The translations under genes were made by a program, and so were the position numbers. Shown here piece by piece: positions 13,737-26,088 of a DNA stretch of 64,000 nucleotides (the stretch's first letter is position 1; every line of letters begins with the position of its first letter). The notes under the pieces were generated by a model. That model was given only the letters and a program-made list of their open reading frames with translations, was not told the DNA's origin and did not search any database. Origin of the DNA: Octopus bimaculoides (taxonomy: Eukaryota); NCBI RefSeq assembly GCF_001194135.2, contig NC_068982.1, forward strand, positions 12,679,187-12,743,186. The letters are read 5' to 3'.

Positions 13737-14242
13737 NNNNNNNNNNNNNNNNNNNNNNNNNNNNNNNNNNNNNNNNNNNNNNNNNNNNNNNNNNNNNNNN
13801 NNNNNNNNNNNNNNNNNNNNNNNNNNNNNNNNNNNNNNNNNNNNNNNNNNNNNNNNNNNNNNNNNNNNNNNNNNNNNNNNNNNNNNNNNNNNNNNNNNNN
13901 NNNNNNNNNNNNNNNNNNNNNNNNNNNNNNNNNNNNNNNNNNNNNNNNNNNNNNNNNNNNNNNNNNNNNNNNNNNNNNNNNNNNNNNNNNNNNNNNNNNN
14001 NNNNNNNNNNNNNNNNNNNNNNNNNNNNNNNNNNNNNNNNNNNNNNNNNNNNNNNNNNNNNNNNNNNNNNNNNNNNNNNNNNNNNNNNNNNNNNNNNNNN
14101 NNNNNNNNNNNNNNNNNNNNNNNNNNNNNNNNNNNNNNNNNNNNNNNNNNNNNNNNNNNNNNNNNNNNNNNNNNNNNNNNNTATATATATATACATACAT
14201 ACATACATACATACATACATACATACATACATACATACATAC

Positions 14243-14677
14243 GTATGCTGAACTACTGAGACTACTACAAGTTCAGATTTATACCTGTAATTATTGGGGT
14301 TCTGGGATATATAACACACTGCCTAAATACCAGTCTCGAGAAATTAGGCTTTTTAAAACCAGAAAGGAGAAAGCTAATTCCAAGACTACAGATCCAAACC
14401 ATCCCTGGAACTGTAAAAATCTGTAAAACTTTCCAGAAGTTTATCATTTAAATATATATGAGCATGTCTAGATATGTAACTATATGCATGAGAATGCATA
14501 CATAATACATACATGCATACATACATACATACATACATACATACATACATACATACATAAATACAAACAAAATTACCCTGTTGTTGATGCTGAAATTCCA
14601 ATGAAGGAACCTTGGACCTAGGTTAGAAACTGATTCTTTATCTATTGGCAAGAAACTTGAAATAAATTGAATAATGA
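14243..14677 (+). mobile_element. 3' end of a restriction-like-endonuclease LINE (R4/Dong-like)
   Basis: Frame DYYKFRFIPVIIGVLGYITHCLNTSLEKLGFLKPERRKLIPRLQIQTIPGTVKICKTFQKFII* (stop 14449-51) resembles the RLE C-terminus of R4/Dong/NeSL-type elements. AATAAA at 14661-66; (CATA)n on both flanks. Confidence 0.65.
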
Positions 14678-15493
14678 CATACATACATTCTTATCATCGT
14701 TCTAAATAACATAACATCCATCTTCCATGCCGGCATGAGTTAGATGGCTTGACAAAATCCAATGAACTGGGGAAATGTGTTGAGCCCCAATGGCTACTTT
14801 GGTATAGTTTCAACAGCTGGATGCTCTTCCTGATGCCAACAACTTTGCAAAATGAATTATATACATACATACTTTAAAACATATTAACGTCATCAGCAAC
14901 AACATTTTAGCATCCATGCTTGCAGGGGTCAGATGGAGTTTATTGAGGCAAATTTTCATGGCCAGCTGCCTTTCCTGTCCCCAACTCTCACTTGTTTCCA
15001 AGCAACATAATATTTTTTCATGGCCAGACATGTTCTTGCAGTGTATTTGGAAATGAATGACTCTGCTTGTATGACATTGACAATCATTTTACAGCAATCA
15101 CATGATGTCAAGACAAAGAGATACAAACTGATACACACACAAGCACACACACATACATATAAACTAATATATAGGTATACAACAAGCTTCTTTCAGTTTA
15201 CATCTGTCACATCCACTCACAAGGCTTTGGTCAGTAGAAGACGCTTGCACAAAATGCCACAGAGTGGCACTGAATCCAGAGCCATAGGGTTGGAATGCTA
15301 ACTTCTTACTACACAGTCATACCAGCATCTATAGTTTTATATATATATTAATAAATCTCAGGGTAGCAAAAAATTTTAGAAATTCTTTTTGCTACCAGTG
15401 GTCTAACGAGAAGAAAAAAACTAGTCAATAGACTATATATTATTCATATAAATGCAGTGTACATTTAAACACATCAGAGAGATGTCCATAATA

Positions 15494-15758
15494 GGACATA
15501 TAACCTGCTAGAATGAGCAGTCAAAACGCTAAACCACAATTAAGGATAATTTCGAAAGGGAATGATAAATAAAAACATTTACCATCTATTTTCCGAACCA
15601 TGGTTTCAAGCTATTTTTAGCAAAATAAAATAATATTTTAGCTTGAAACCATGGTTTGGAAAATAGATGGTAAATGTTTTTATTTATCATTCCCTTTCGA
15701 AATCATCCCTAATTGTGGTTTGGAGTTTTGACTGCTCCTTCTAGCGGGTTAGATGTCC
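15494..15758. repeat. Long inverted repeat / fold-back element (120-bp arms, 25-nt loop)
   Basis: 15494-15613 vs the reverse complement of 15639-15758: 112/120 identical by manual alignment. Confidence 0.9.
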
Positions 15759-16600
15759 TTGCCCCAATGTTAGTTATCATATTTATTGACCGATTAACAG
15801 AGCAATGCTAGATTGTGCCAATCTGCTGAATTTAATCAAACTGACAATGATTTGAAAGACTCAAAATATGCTGTTTAGTAATGTCAACTGTTAAACAGAA
15901 GTGTGTCCACTCCAATGACATTTTCTATCAAAACTTTCAATCACATCATCTTTAAAAATATTCACCATCAGAGATATAAAGGTGTTTTCATCTAACTGAT
16001 ACAATGGCTGGACAATTAATGCACAGGAATACTTATTACATGACGATCTGTTTGAATACTACTATAACCATTGTGTTGGACGTAATTCCAGGTGGGATGT
16101 CTATGAGAATAAACAATTCAAGATGTCTTCTGCATGAAAAACGATACTTAAGTTATTGATTTACTTTTTAATGCTGTGAATATTAAAAAGCTAATTAGAA
16201 ATAATTATGCAGAAGGAAAAGCAATATTAGTCAATAACTAATATTATTTTAATTATTTCAGCAAGTAGAAGAGGCACTGCATGCCCTAGTTTTTCTGCCT
16301 GACAAAGCAAGATTTTCTCCTGTTGAGAAGTGTTTTGTAGCTGGAAGGGAAACCTTCAAGAACAGTAATTGTTTCATCAAAATTCATCTGACTCATACTG
16401 GTATGAAAAAATATGAATGAAACAACCATTGACTAAGAACTGAATAACTTAATCACTCAGTAAACTGAGCACATGATTTAGTTTTGACCTGCAGTTGCAA
16501 ACGAATTTATGTATGTTATTAATATTCTTGAGAATATCACACAATCCTGACTTATCAATAATGTTGTAAGGTTAGTGTCTTATCAATATTTCTTTATACT

Positions 16601-16980
16601 GGCATAGGAGTGGCTGTGTGGTAAGTAGCTTGCTTACGAACCACATAATTCTGGGTTCAGTCCCACTGCGTGGCACCTTGGGGAAGTGTCTTCTACTATA
16701 GCCTTGGGTCGACCAAAGCCTTGTGAGTGGATTTGGTAGATGGAAACTGAAAGAAGCCTGCCGTATATATGTGTATATATATGTGTATGTGTGTTTGTGT
16801 GTCTGTGTTTGTCCCCTCCAACATCGCTTGACAACCGATGCTGGTTCGGCAAAAGAGAATCAATACAATAAATAATAGGCTTACAAAGAATAAGTCCTGG
16901 GGTCGATTTGTTCGACTAAAGGCGGTGCTCCAGCATGGCCGCAATCAAATGACTGAAACAAGTAAAAAGAGTAAGAGTAG
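16601..16980 (+). mobile_element. tRNA-derived SINE family 1
   Basis: Head GGAGTGGCTGTGTGGTAAG...GGGTTCAGTCCC, body CCTTGGGGAAGTGTCTTCTACTATAGCC, internal (TA/TG)n, tail GACTGAAACAAGTAAAA. Confidence 0.85.
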
Positions 16981-17341
16981 AAAAAGAAGAAAGAAATTTA
17001 AAAAAAAACAATAAAAACAATACAAAATCAAAGAAGCAAATAATTTTGTCAATAAAATCCTCAGCTTTTCTTTTCCTAAAAATCAAGCTAGTTACGTCCT
17101 ACCAAGCTTTTTAGATAATTATTGTCTGCTATCATATTTAGTTTAATCTTATATTTTGATACATCAAAAAATACGCTCAGGTTTTGTGAAATTAATTTTG
17201 TCAAATTGTCATGTAATTTAACTGTTTATAGCATAACAATTCTCATGATGTAGGTATGTCACTTGTCAATCTAACTTAATACTTCAAGTTTTCATTATTT
17301 TCCACATTTTAATTAACTCTGTATGTGACATACTTTATTCT

Positions 17342-17682
17342 TTATTTACATTATTTACATTTGATGAATATTTGTCCTCATCTTGTTTGTTGTTAACACA
17401 ACATTTTGGCTGATATACCCTCCAGCCTTCATCAGGTGTCTTGGGGAAATTTCGAACCTGGGTTCTCATTCCTAAAGTATTTTTCGGTGTTGTTGTTGTT
17501 ATTATTATTATTATTTATTATTTATTATTCAGGTCACTGCCTGGAATCAAACTCAAAATCTTGGGGTTAGTAGCCCACACTCTTAACCACTACACCATAT
17601 GCCCGGGATATAGCGTAGTCGTTAAGAGCACGGGCTACTAACTCCAAGATTCTGAGTTTGATTCCAGGCAGTGACCTGAATA

Positions 17683-17749
<67 letters not shown>

Positions 17750-17951
17750 TAATAATAATAATAATAACAGCATCAAAATATACCTTAGGAATGAGTATCC
17801 AGGTTCGAAATTTCCCCAAGACACCTGTTGAAGGCTGGAGGGTATATCAGCCAAAATGTTGTGTTGACAACAAACAAGATGAGGACAAATATCCATCAAA
17901 TGTAAATAATGTAAATAATTACATAATTCCTCATCTCTTAAATATAGAACT
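17342..17951. mobile_element. Complete inverted dimer: tail-(ATT)n-tRNA head | tRNA head-(AAT)n-tail
   Basis: Centre CCC|GGG at 17602-17607. Heads 17528-17604 (-) and 17605-17680 (+) carry A-box TGGTGTAGTGG and B-box-like GAGTTTGATTCC. TSD ATACTTTATTCT at 17330-41 and 17952-63. Confidence 0.85.
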
Positions 17952-18210
17952 ATACTTTATTCTAATATAGCAGCTATAACATATTCCTACCAATTTTTAA
18001 GTATTATTTTAGTTAAAGGCATGATGTTAAAATGGTTTGGGCTTAGATTACTAAAATAAATTTGCTAAATGCATTTTAAATTTCTTTAGAGTTATTTTAT
18101 GGTATATAAGTTGTTTTTATCTAAAGGCAATAAACTAAGTATTCCATGTATTGCAGAGATTTGACATGTAAAATTCCTTTGACAAAATTTCAAGCAACAA
18201 ATTGAATGTT

Positions 18211-18310
<100 letters not shown>

Positions 18311-20389
18311 CATATATTGCTTTTATTATTTCCTTAGTATTTATTCATTAACCTCTTTGTAAATTGAACATAAACTGACAACACAAAGTTTCCTCACTGA
18401 AAGCTTCATCAAAGAGAAGCTCATAATTATACTTCATTAACTACAATAGTCCCTACTTTCTTTTTCTTTTTCCAAAACTCTTCCTTTTTACGAGGATGGA
18501 GAGATGTCAAAAGCAACAAAACAATAAACAAACACCTTTCTCAACTTAGAATTTACTCTAGAATTTACTTTGACTTTCCACCTTACAGCAATAATAATAT
18601 ACTGGAATTGGTTCAATTGACTATACCCCCTTCTCCATAGAATTGGTCTTTTGCTTAGCCAAATGAAATCAATATATTCTATATTTTCTTTCTAATCAAG
18701 TCAAAATTTTCTTTTTAATTGATTCATAAAAGAATATTTTGATAGTTACACCAAAAAATGTTTGCCTTGGTTCTCTTTCATGCATTCTCTTTCCAACAAA
18801 TGTAAAAATTTTATTTTTGCAAATTATTCTGTGTTTTGTGCAAGTTATTCAGTTTTGAAATGGAAATTTCTGTAAACAAAATCATTACTATCAATTTAAC
18901 AATTTGATTAGCTACTTGGCTGCTTAGATCATAATTCAATATTTTCCAACTTAGCAGTTGAGGAATTACTAATTTCATGTAAGTACGAAAATTGCAAGTT
19001 ATTGAAGATTCTTTAAATTGTTATCCTATTTTAACACCAAATGAAATTTACAAAAAAAAAAAAAAAAAAAAATTCGATTCCTATTTTATTTTATGAAATC
19101 TTTTAAGTTCCAAGATCTCTTTACCAATTTACCATTTTACATGTACAGTTACTCACATAATTTGTACAATAATATTTGAGTAATATACCAAACATTTGTT
19201 TGTGATTATCCAAGTATAAATATTTTATGTTATTACCAATTTCTCAAATTAATTTCCTAAACATTTTCTTTTTCTTTCTTTTCTTCCTTTTTTGTTCTAT
19301 AAAATATTTACTAAACCATATATTGCTATAATGAAATAAATTCTGAATTTAATTTCAGGAAAACAAAATTGAATTAAAAATAATGTTAGAATTATATTCT
19401 ATTTTTCATATTTATTCCACATCTACTGCTGCTCATCCTCTGCTATGTTTTATGTGGGGCAAGAGGCAAATGATGAGGGGCATTTAGTTGGTGACTGCAA
19501 TGAAAGCAATGAGAAAACGAGATGCTAAAGAGCACCATAAAGGCAGGAAGAGGAGTGTATGAATGCTGCAATAATATCTCAGATGTGGAAGATAGAGGGA
19601 GGTAGAAGGAAACAGTGGAGGAAATTTTAGAGGTGTAAGGGTGGGTAATGAGTTAAAGGTAAGAAAATGTGTTACAAAAGTATTGCTGAACATCTAGTCT
19701 AACCATTATCTCACTTGCACCTCTAGGATGCCTCTAGCCATTCTTTCCCACACAGATAAAAGTAAAAAAAGGTGTTACCAAGCACCTCCTCTTACCTTTA
19801 TCGCATGACTTGTCCATATATCTCAGTGCACTCATTGCATCACCTATTCTTCTCCCCCCTCCTGGTCTATCTCCACCCTCTCCATTATATCCAGGATGCT
19901 TCTGAGGCATTCACACTCTGCTCTTCCCTTTCTTCCCACCTCTATGGGATCATTCAGTGCATCTTCCCCTCACTGCATTCACCCACTGCCCCTTATCCTC
20001 TGCTTGCGTTCTCTCCACAGCTACTCAACCTCCTCATCCCCTTATTTCATCTTTCATCCCCTGACCTACCCCCACAACCACCCAATCTCTTTTCCTTTCA
20101 GTAATTTCGTTTAAGGATTCCACTCTACCCTAGTCTATTGCTCCTTCCCTCTCTCCTTTCCCTCATACCTTCTCTCCATGCTAACCCCTTATCATATCAG
20201 ATTGCCCTAGATCCTCACTACACAACCTTATTAACTTTCTACTATGTCACCACTTTTTCAATAACCCCTGTTTCCTGATATATTTTCACTTCATCCTCTC
20301 ATCGTACCCTCCTTCCCTCCCCCATCCCACCACCCAGTATCACTGGCCACCCTCTTCTCTGCTCTACTTTAGTTATAGGGGCCATGTAA

Positions 20390-20620
20390 GGTCCTTAACC
20401 TTGCAAGCTATGAGGTGATCTTCACTAGTGCTGCTGCAATGAATAACCCCTACCCCCACCCCAGTACATTCTGAGGTAGGTGGCTTTAGAAAGGACATCC
20501 GGTCAGAGAAACTTTGTCAAAGTAGCCAGTGGAGCATGACATGGTCCTTCAACTCTTCAGAACTTACCAAACCATCCAACCAATGGCAGTATGGAAGCGT
20601 TAAACGATGATGATGATGTG
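20390..20620 (+). mobile_element. Degenerate RTE-type 3' tail
   Basis: Ends ATGGAAGCGTTAAACGATGATGATGATG like the other copies. Confidence 0.6.
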
Positions 20621-21746
20621 TAATGATTCCTAATGCTTTAGAAACCAGGCAACGAGACAAATTTTATACTGGAATTATTATGTAAGCACATCAATAGTCG
20701 TCTGAGGTGTTTTAAGTACATCGTAATACATGTAGAATACATGGCAAAAAAATAAAAAAGTAAGAAAAAAGGAAGTAATATTTTTAGAGCAGCTAAACAT
20801 GTGACAGTGCATTAATTTTCTGATGTATGTATATTCTCTGAAATCGGTTTATTTCAAATGTTTATTCTTTATACAAACTGCAGTTCTGCAAACTATTGTG
20901 AAATAAATCAATTTTTAGCTGCATGACTGACTGTATTATTGAAGTAAACATTAAATATGTTGTTATATTAATCTCAACCATTCTGTAGTTATGTCTGATT
21001 TCAATAAGTAATATTGTTTTTATTTTCCTATTTTATTAGTTTCAGTTATTGGATTGCAGAAGTGCTGGGTCACTTCCTACAAGGGTTTAGCCAATTGTAT
21101 TGACCCTAATACTTACTTCAAGTCTGGTACTAACTTTATTAAATTTTATTTGTCAGTTTGTGAAGTTACAGGGCATAGAGAAACAGAAGATTATAAAAAA
21201 AATAGATGTGTTTATTTTTTTTTTTAGACTAGTGTAAACATAAACATTGACCAAACTCAGTTGGATTCACATGCATACACACAAACACTAATACATACCT
21301 ACCGTCATCATCGTCGTCATCATCGTCATCGCCGTTGTCGTCGTCGTTGCAGTTGTCGTCGTCGTCATCGTCATCATCATCGTCTTCCTCCTCCCCTTCT
21401 TCATCATTTAATATCTGTTTAGTTGGTTTGACAGAAACTAGCAAGTCAGATGACTCCACCAAGCACTGCTGTCTGTTTTGGCATGTTTTTTTCACAGCTG
21501 GATGCCCCCCCCCCCTTAATGCCAACCACTTCACAGAGTCTACAGCAGTAATTCCCAACATGGGGCATATGCCTCACCGGTGGGGCCTGGGAAAATTGTA
21601 GTGGCCTGAGAGATCCAATTTTTTCTTTTCTTTTTAATAAGACATAGAATTGTGAAAATCTTTTTCTTATTTTTACTTTTGTAGTCAATAATGTACTTTC
21701 ATTGTTGTACTCAGTACTTAATAAAGAGTTACTGGCAGATTCTTTT

Positions 21747-21895
21747 GAGAACCCAGGTTCGAAATTTCCCCAAGACACCTGAAGAAGGCTGGAGGGTATA
21801 TCAGCAGAAACATTATGTTAACAACAAACAAGATGAGGACAAATACCTGTCAAATATAAATAATGTAAATAATTCCTCATCTCTTAAATATAGAA
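21747..21895 (+). mobile_element. Solo Penelope-like hammerhead tail
   Basis: GAGAACCCAGGTTCGAAATTTCCCCAAGACACCTGAAGAAGGCTGGAGGGTATATCAGCAGAAACATT...CTCTTAAATATAGAA. Confidence 0.8.
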
Positions 21896-22519
21896 TTGTA
21901 TTTAATGATGGTGTTGTTGCTTTCATTAACTTGGATAATAAAGTGACCATGTTATTAAGTTATGATACACACGTGTAACTTGCCACTACTTTCCATAGGT
22001 AAATCAATACTTACTGCACCATTGCAAATATATAATAACATTGTTATTTTATTCCCAGCAGTTTCCAAGCATTACTCTTTCATATGCATATGGTTCTGGG
22101 TTCAGTCCCACTACCTGGCACCAAGAGCAAGTGTCTTCTACTATAGCCTCGGGCCAGCCAAAGCCTTCTGAGTACATTTGATAGATGGAAACTGAAAGAA
22201 GTTAGAATACATAAAAATGGGTCTGTTTGTTACGAATTGCGATTCTCACCTTATATAATACTGTTTCTGAAACTTTTGGGCAACAATCCACCCCACCAAA
22301 AAAATCCTGGATTCCTCACTGCTCCGTGTGAATGAAAGACAAAGTTTATTCCTGATAAGACTGAATTCAGCATGGTGCATTATTAAAACAAATAATTCAA
22401 AGAAAAATGGTATATTTTCAGGTGGAGCTGCTCATGTATTTGCACAAAAACTTGGTTTCAAATATTCTAAATGAAAATTTAAAAAAAATAGTACTCTGCC
22501 ATTTGTGATGATGAGGGTA

Positions 22520-22810
22520 CCAGTTGATTCAATCAATGGAACAGCCTGCTCATGAAATTAGCATACAAGTGGCTGAGCACTCCATGGATATGAGTACCCT
22601 TAATGTAGATCTCAGGGAGATTCAGTGTAGCACAGAATTTGACAAGGCTGGCCCTTTAGATGCAGGTACAACTCAATTTTTGGCAGCTGAGTGGACAGGA
22701 GCAACTTGAAATAAAGTGACTTTCTTAAGAACACAACACATCACCAGGAATTGAACTCACAATCTTATGATCATGAACAAAATATCTTAACCACTAAGCT
22801 ACATGCCTTC
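22520..22810 (-). mobile_element. tRNA-headed SINE (family 2)
   Basis: Homologous to 35570-35870 and 29857-30420; the minus strand starts with a tRNA-like head (GCTTAGTGGTTAAG..GAGTTCAATTCC). Confidence 0.65.
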
Positions 22811-25207
22811 ACATCATATATTCTGCATTATTTATATATAGTATAGTTTTATTTAATTTAGATGCATATCATTTATTTCCTAAAATGCTGTTTAAATTTG
22901 TCTAATAATGTTCAGCACACCTCATCACATCACCTTACTATAAAACATTAAATCTCATTAGCAACTATGTCAAATCCTCAGTTTTCCTGAGAGCAATGAC
23001 TAGATCAGATATTTTGATTTTTCTTTTAAGTTTTAGAATAATTGTGACAGTTCCTTTTCCAATGTCGCAGTAACCATTTATTATGCTATGATAGTTATAA
23101 ATATCATTTGATATGGATTTATCAGAAATGAAAAATTAGCTCTTAAACTATTTATTCCTATGTAGATGATTCCCCATTGTAGCAGTCTTTTGAACAAGGA
23201 CATTTAAATCATAGTTCATTAATGCATTAGACTGTATAAACACGGCTGAAGGAATTTTATTATGTTATAAACAAAGAAAGAAATGTATTGACATTTGTGC
23301 AGATTTTCATGAAAATACATGCGTGACATGCACTTAAATTGGAATATATTACCCACTCATAAATAATCCTTAAAATACTGGAGAAAAAAAAATGCAAAGA
23401 AAGAAATTGGCTCTTCAAAGAAAAATGATAGCCATTAACAGAGATAGAAATACTGCTGCTAGTCTGACATTCTAGCTTATCTGTCTCTAAGGCAGATTGA
23501 AGTGCATTAATGAAATGATGGGAACATTTAACGTTACTCTGTATGTTAAACATTAATATAACATTTGATAAAGCAATACTTTCCAAAGGAGCTAATGGGT
23601 TCATATCCTTATAGAATTAACATTATTTCACAAAATAACTGATAAATTTTAGCCGTTGTTTAGTTCATCATCTGTATTTTTCCCAAATTGTCAATTTATG
23701 CTGTCAGAAAGTTCTGGTTTTTTCACTGTTTCCTTTGAATTTTTGCTTTCTTATCTATAAAAAATATTGAATACCACAGCACTTAATTAAAGTCAACCTG
23801 GATTCCTTCATTCTGTATTTTATTTATATAATAATTTCTTGTTTTCTTAAAATCTGACTCCAGTTTGTAATTTAAAAAAAAATATTTCTTCTTTGATTAC
23901 ATAATGTAACTGATGCAGCCAGTCTAGTGCAGGAGTGAGGAATCTTTATAGTACCTGGGGTGGGAATGTATCTGAGATTTTAAAAACAATAAATATTTAA
24001 TTTTACAAAAATAAAGGTTTGCAGTTTATATTAAATTATCTTAGTTTTAGCCTTAAGGCTTAAATCGTTTTTGTTTGTTTGTTTCTTTTTCTCATGCAAG
24101 TTTCTAGTGACTTCACCAATGCACCATTTCAAATTTAAATGCAAGCAAAATTTCACTTACGGATGAAGAGTTCCCTGCCCTTGATCCAAGGGATGGAAAA
24201 TAATGCTGATGCTAACAAGATTTGAACTCAGTGCAATGAAATGCTAAATTAGATATAAGCAAAGCATCCAAGTTCTGTTTCCGCAGCTATTTCTTTCCAC
24301 CCAGTTTTCTGGTCTTTGGCCTCTTGTCTGCTCTGATTATCTAAATCTATGATCAAAAGCATTCCAACCATGACCGTTTCATCTTTTTTTTCCAGCATTG
24401 TATAATCTTGGATAACATTATTTACTGTTTTCTTTTTTTCAAAGTAGAGTATGATTTGAAGGCTTTCTCACAGCTATTTCTAGCAGTAGAAGATCCATTA
24501 ATGGTTACTCCATTTCCTTTGTTTGGTTTCCATGGCTAACTTCTCACATTCACATTATACTAATTATACTAATTATATTGTTGCTTCAGTTGTGACATAA
24601 ATTCTCAGTAATTGCAGCCACAAGAGACCTAAGCTAATATATTTCACTGAAAGAAGTAGTTTAAATTGAACAAGAAAGAAAATTTAATACTTATATTCTT
24701 TTATACTGTAAGCACAAGGCCAGAAATTTTGGGGGAGGTGGGGAGCAGTCGATTAGATCGACTCCGGCATACAACTGGTGCTTAATTTATCGGCGGAATT
24801 TGAACTCAGAATGTAAAGACAGACAAAAATGTAATACCTATATTGAACATTCTGTTACAGTAATTCTTTTCAATTAAGACTGGCCTATATGCATTCCTGT
24901 TTGTAACAAACAATTCTATGGCTAATTATTGTCAATTAAATAGTTTTTCAAAAGCATATTTTGGGAGTATGAGATATTCTGAAATATGTCATTAAAATCA
25001 ATAATACTGTGTAACCATTTGAATTTTCTTAATTGATGTAACTGGTATGGAACAACACTTGTCTTTACTGACCTAATTACTTACTCCCCCAAATCTACGT
25101 GTTATGCTGGTAAATTTTGGGTGAAACTTTCTGATTCGGCAGTGAAAATAATCAAAAAAAAGAAAAAATGTAAGTATTAAGACTGGATTCTCATTGGTAT
25201 ATTAGTA

Positions 25208-26088
25208 CAGGGTGGTCCAGAAATCACTGAGAGGTTTTAATTTTTAATAACTCCGTTATTTTTACAAATATGTGTATGGAATTTTTATTCAACATAGAGG
25301 AGATAATGGAGATTAATTTTCATTCGTCCTTTTACATCATACCTCTGAATTGTATATGAAAAATGACATCTTTTAAATGGCACCCATTTTCAGCCTCACA
25401 CTTTATGGGATGCAATTCTCTATGGTGTAGTGCTCTTGGATTCTCAGAGCCCAAAACCAGCAATTTTGTCTGTTGATGAACCCATTCAAATGTAAAAATG
25501 AAAGTAAGCTTCATCAGACACGATCAATTTTTGTGTAAAATGTGGGTCACTTCATGCCAATTCTGGGATTCTGACAGCGTATTGGAGCCTGTGTTCATAG
25601 TCTTGGGGCTTCAACTGTTGAACCAACTGTACCTGTATGGGAAAAGGTAAAACTGCAGAGAACTCTTTGCAACGAAGTTTGTGAAATCCCAAGCTTTCTG
25701 GACCAACTTGGAGTCAATGTGCCTGGAATCTGTTCAATACTCATTTGTTCCCTTACCTCATCAGTTCTGACAGTGCGAAGTCTTGCAGATGGTAGGAGAT
25801 CACTTACTGCCCCTTGTTTTTCAAAATAATGAACTAAGTTCCTAATTGTGTTTTCACTCAGAGAATCTCTCTCCTGATAATGCTAATGATATGTTTCCTG
25901 GGTTTGAATAACTGACCCCTGATTTTGATAGAACAATTTCACCACTTAGGTACATTGTGCGATGCCATATTTTTCCATAATTAATTTCCAGGACCTGGTT
26001 CATAAAATCCCTGAAAAGAAAAAAAACTGTCAAAAAATAAAAGAATTACTAAAAATTGCAATCCCTCAGTAACTTTTGGGTCACCCTG
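25208..26088 (-). mobile_element. Internally deleted Tc1/mariner-superfamily DNA transposon
   Basis: TA-CAGGGTGGTCCAGAAATCACTGAG at the left end and CTCAGTAACTTTTGGGTCACCCTG at the right end. Minus-strand remnants LFPY, KLIVSDEAYFH and GSENPRALHHRELHPIK match the SDEAHFHLNG...WGSENP transposase motif. Confidence 0.85.

Noticed and set aside
17528-17680. Possible genuine tRNA genes
   Set aside because: A and B boxes are present, but there is no convincing acceptor or anticodon stem and the heads are fused to repeat bodies; these are SINE heads.
19450-20400. Pyrimidine-rich segment with ORFs 19484-19693 and 19772-20104
   Set aside because: Compositional bias explains the ORFs. It probably belongs to an old repeat upstream of an RTE tail (similar to 6480-6900), but I cannot assign a family.
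23260-23604. 114-aa minus-strand ORF MNPLAPLESIALS...
   Set aside because: No recognisable domain, no good donor site, and its 3' half reads through intron-like T-rich sequence.
25085-25130. 46-nt minus-strand micro-exon candidate (KFHPKFTSITRRFGG) with good splice sites
   Set aside because: No recognisable homology, and its phase does not chain with the candidate at 27435-27479. Such patterns arise by chance in AT-rich DNA.
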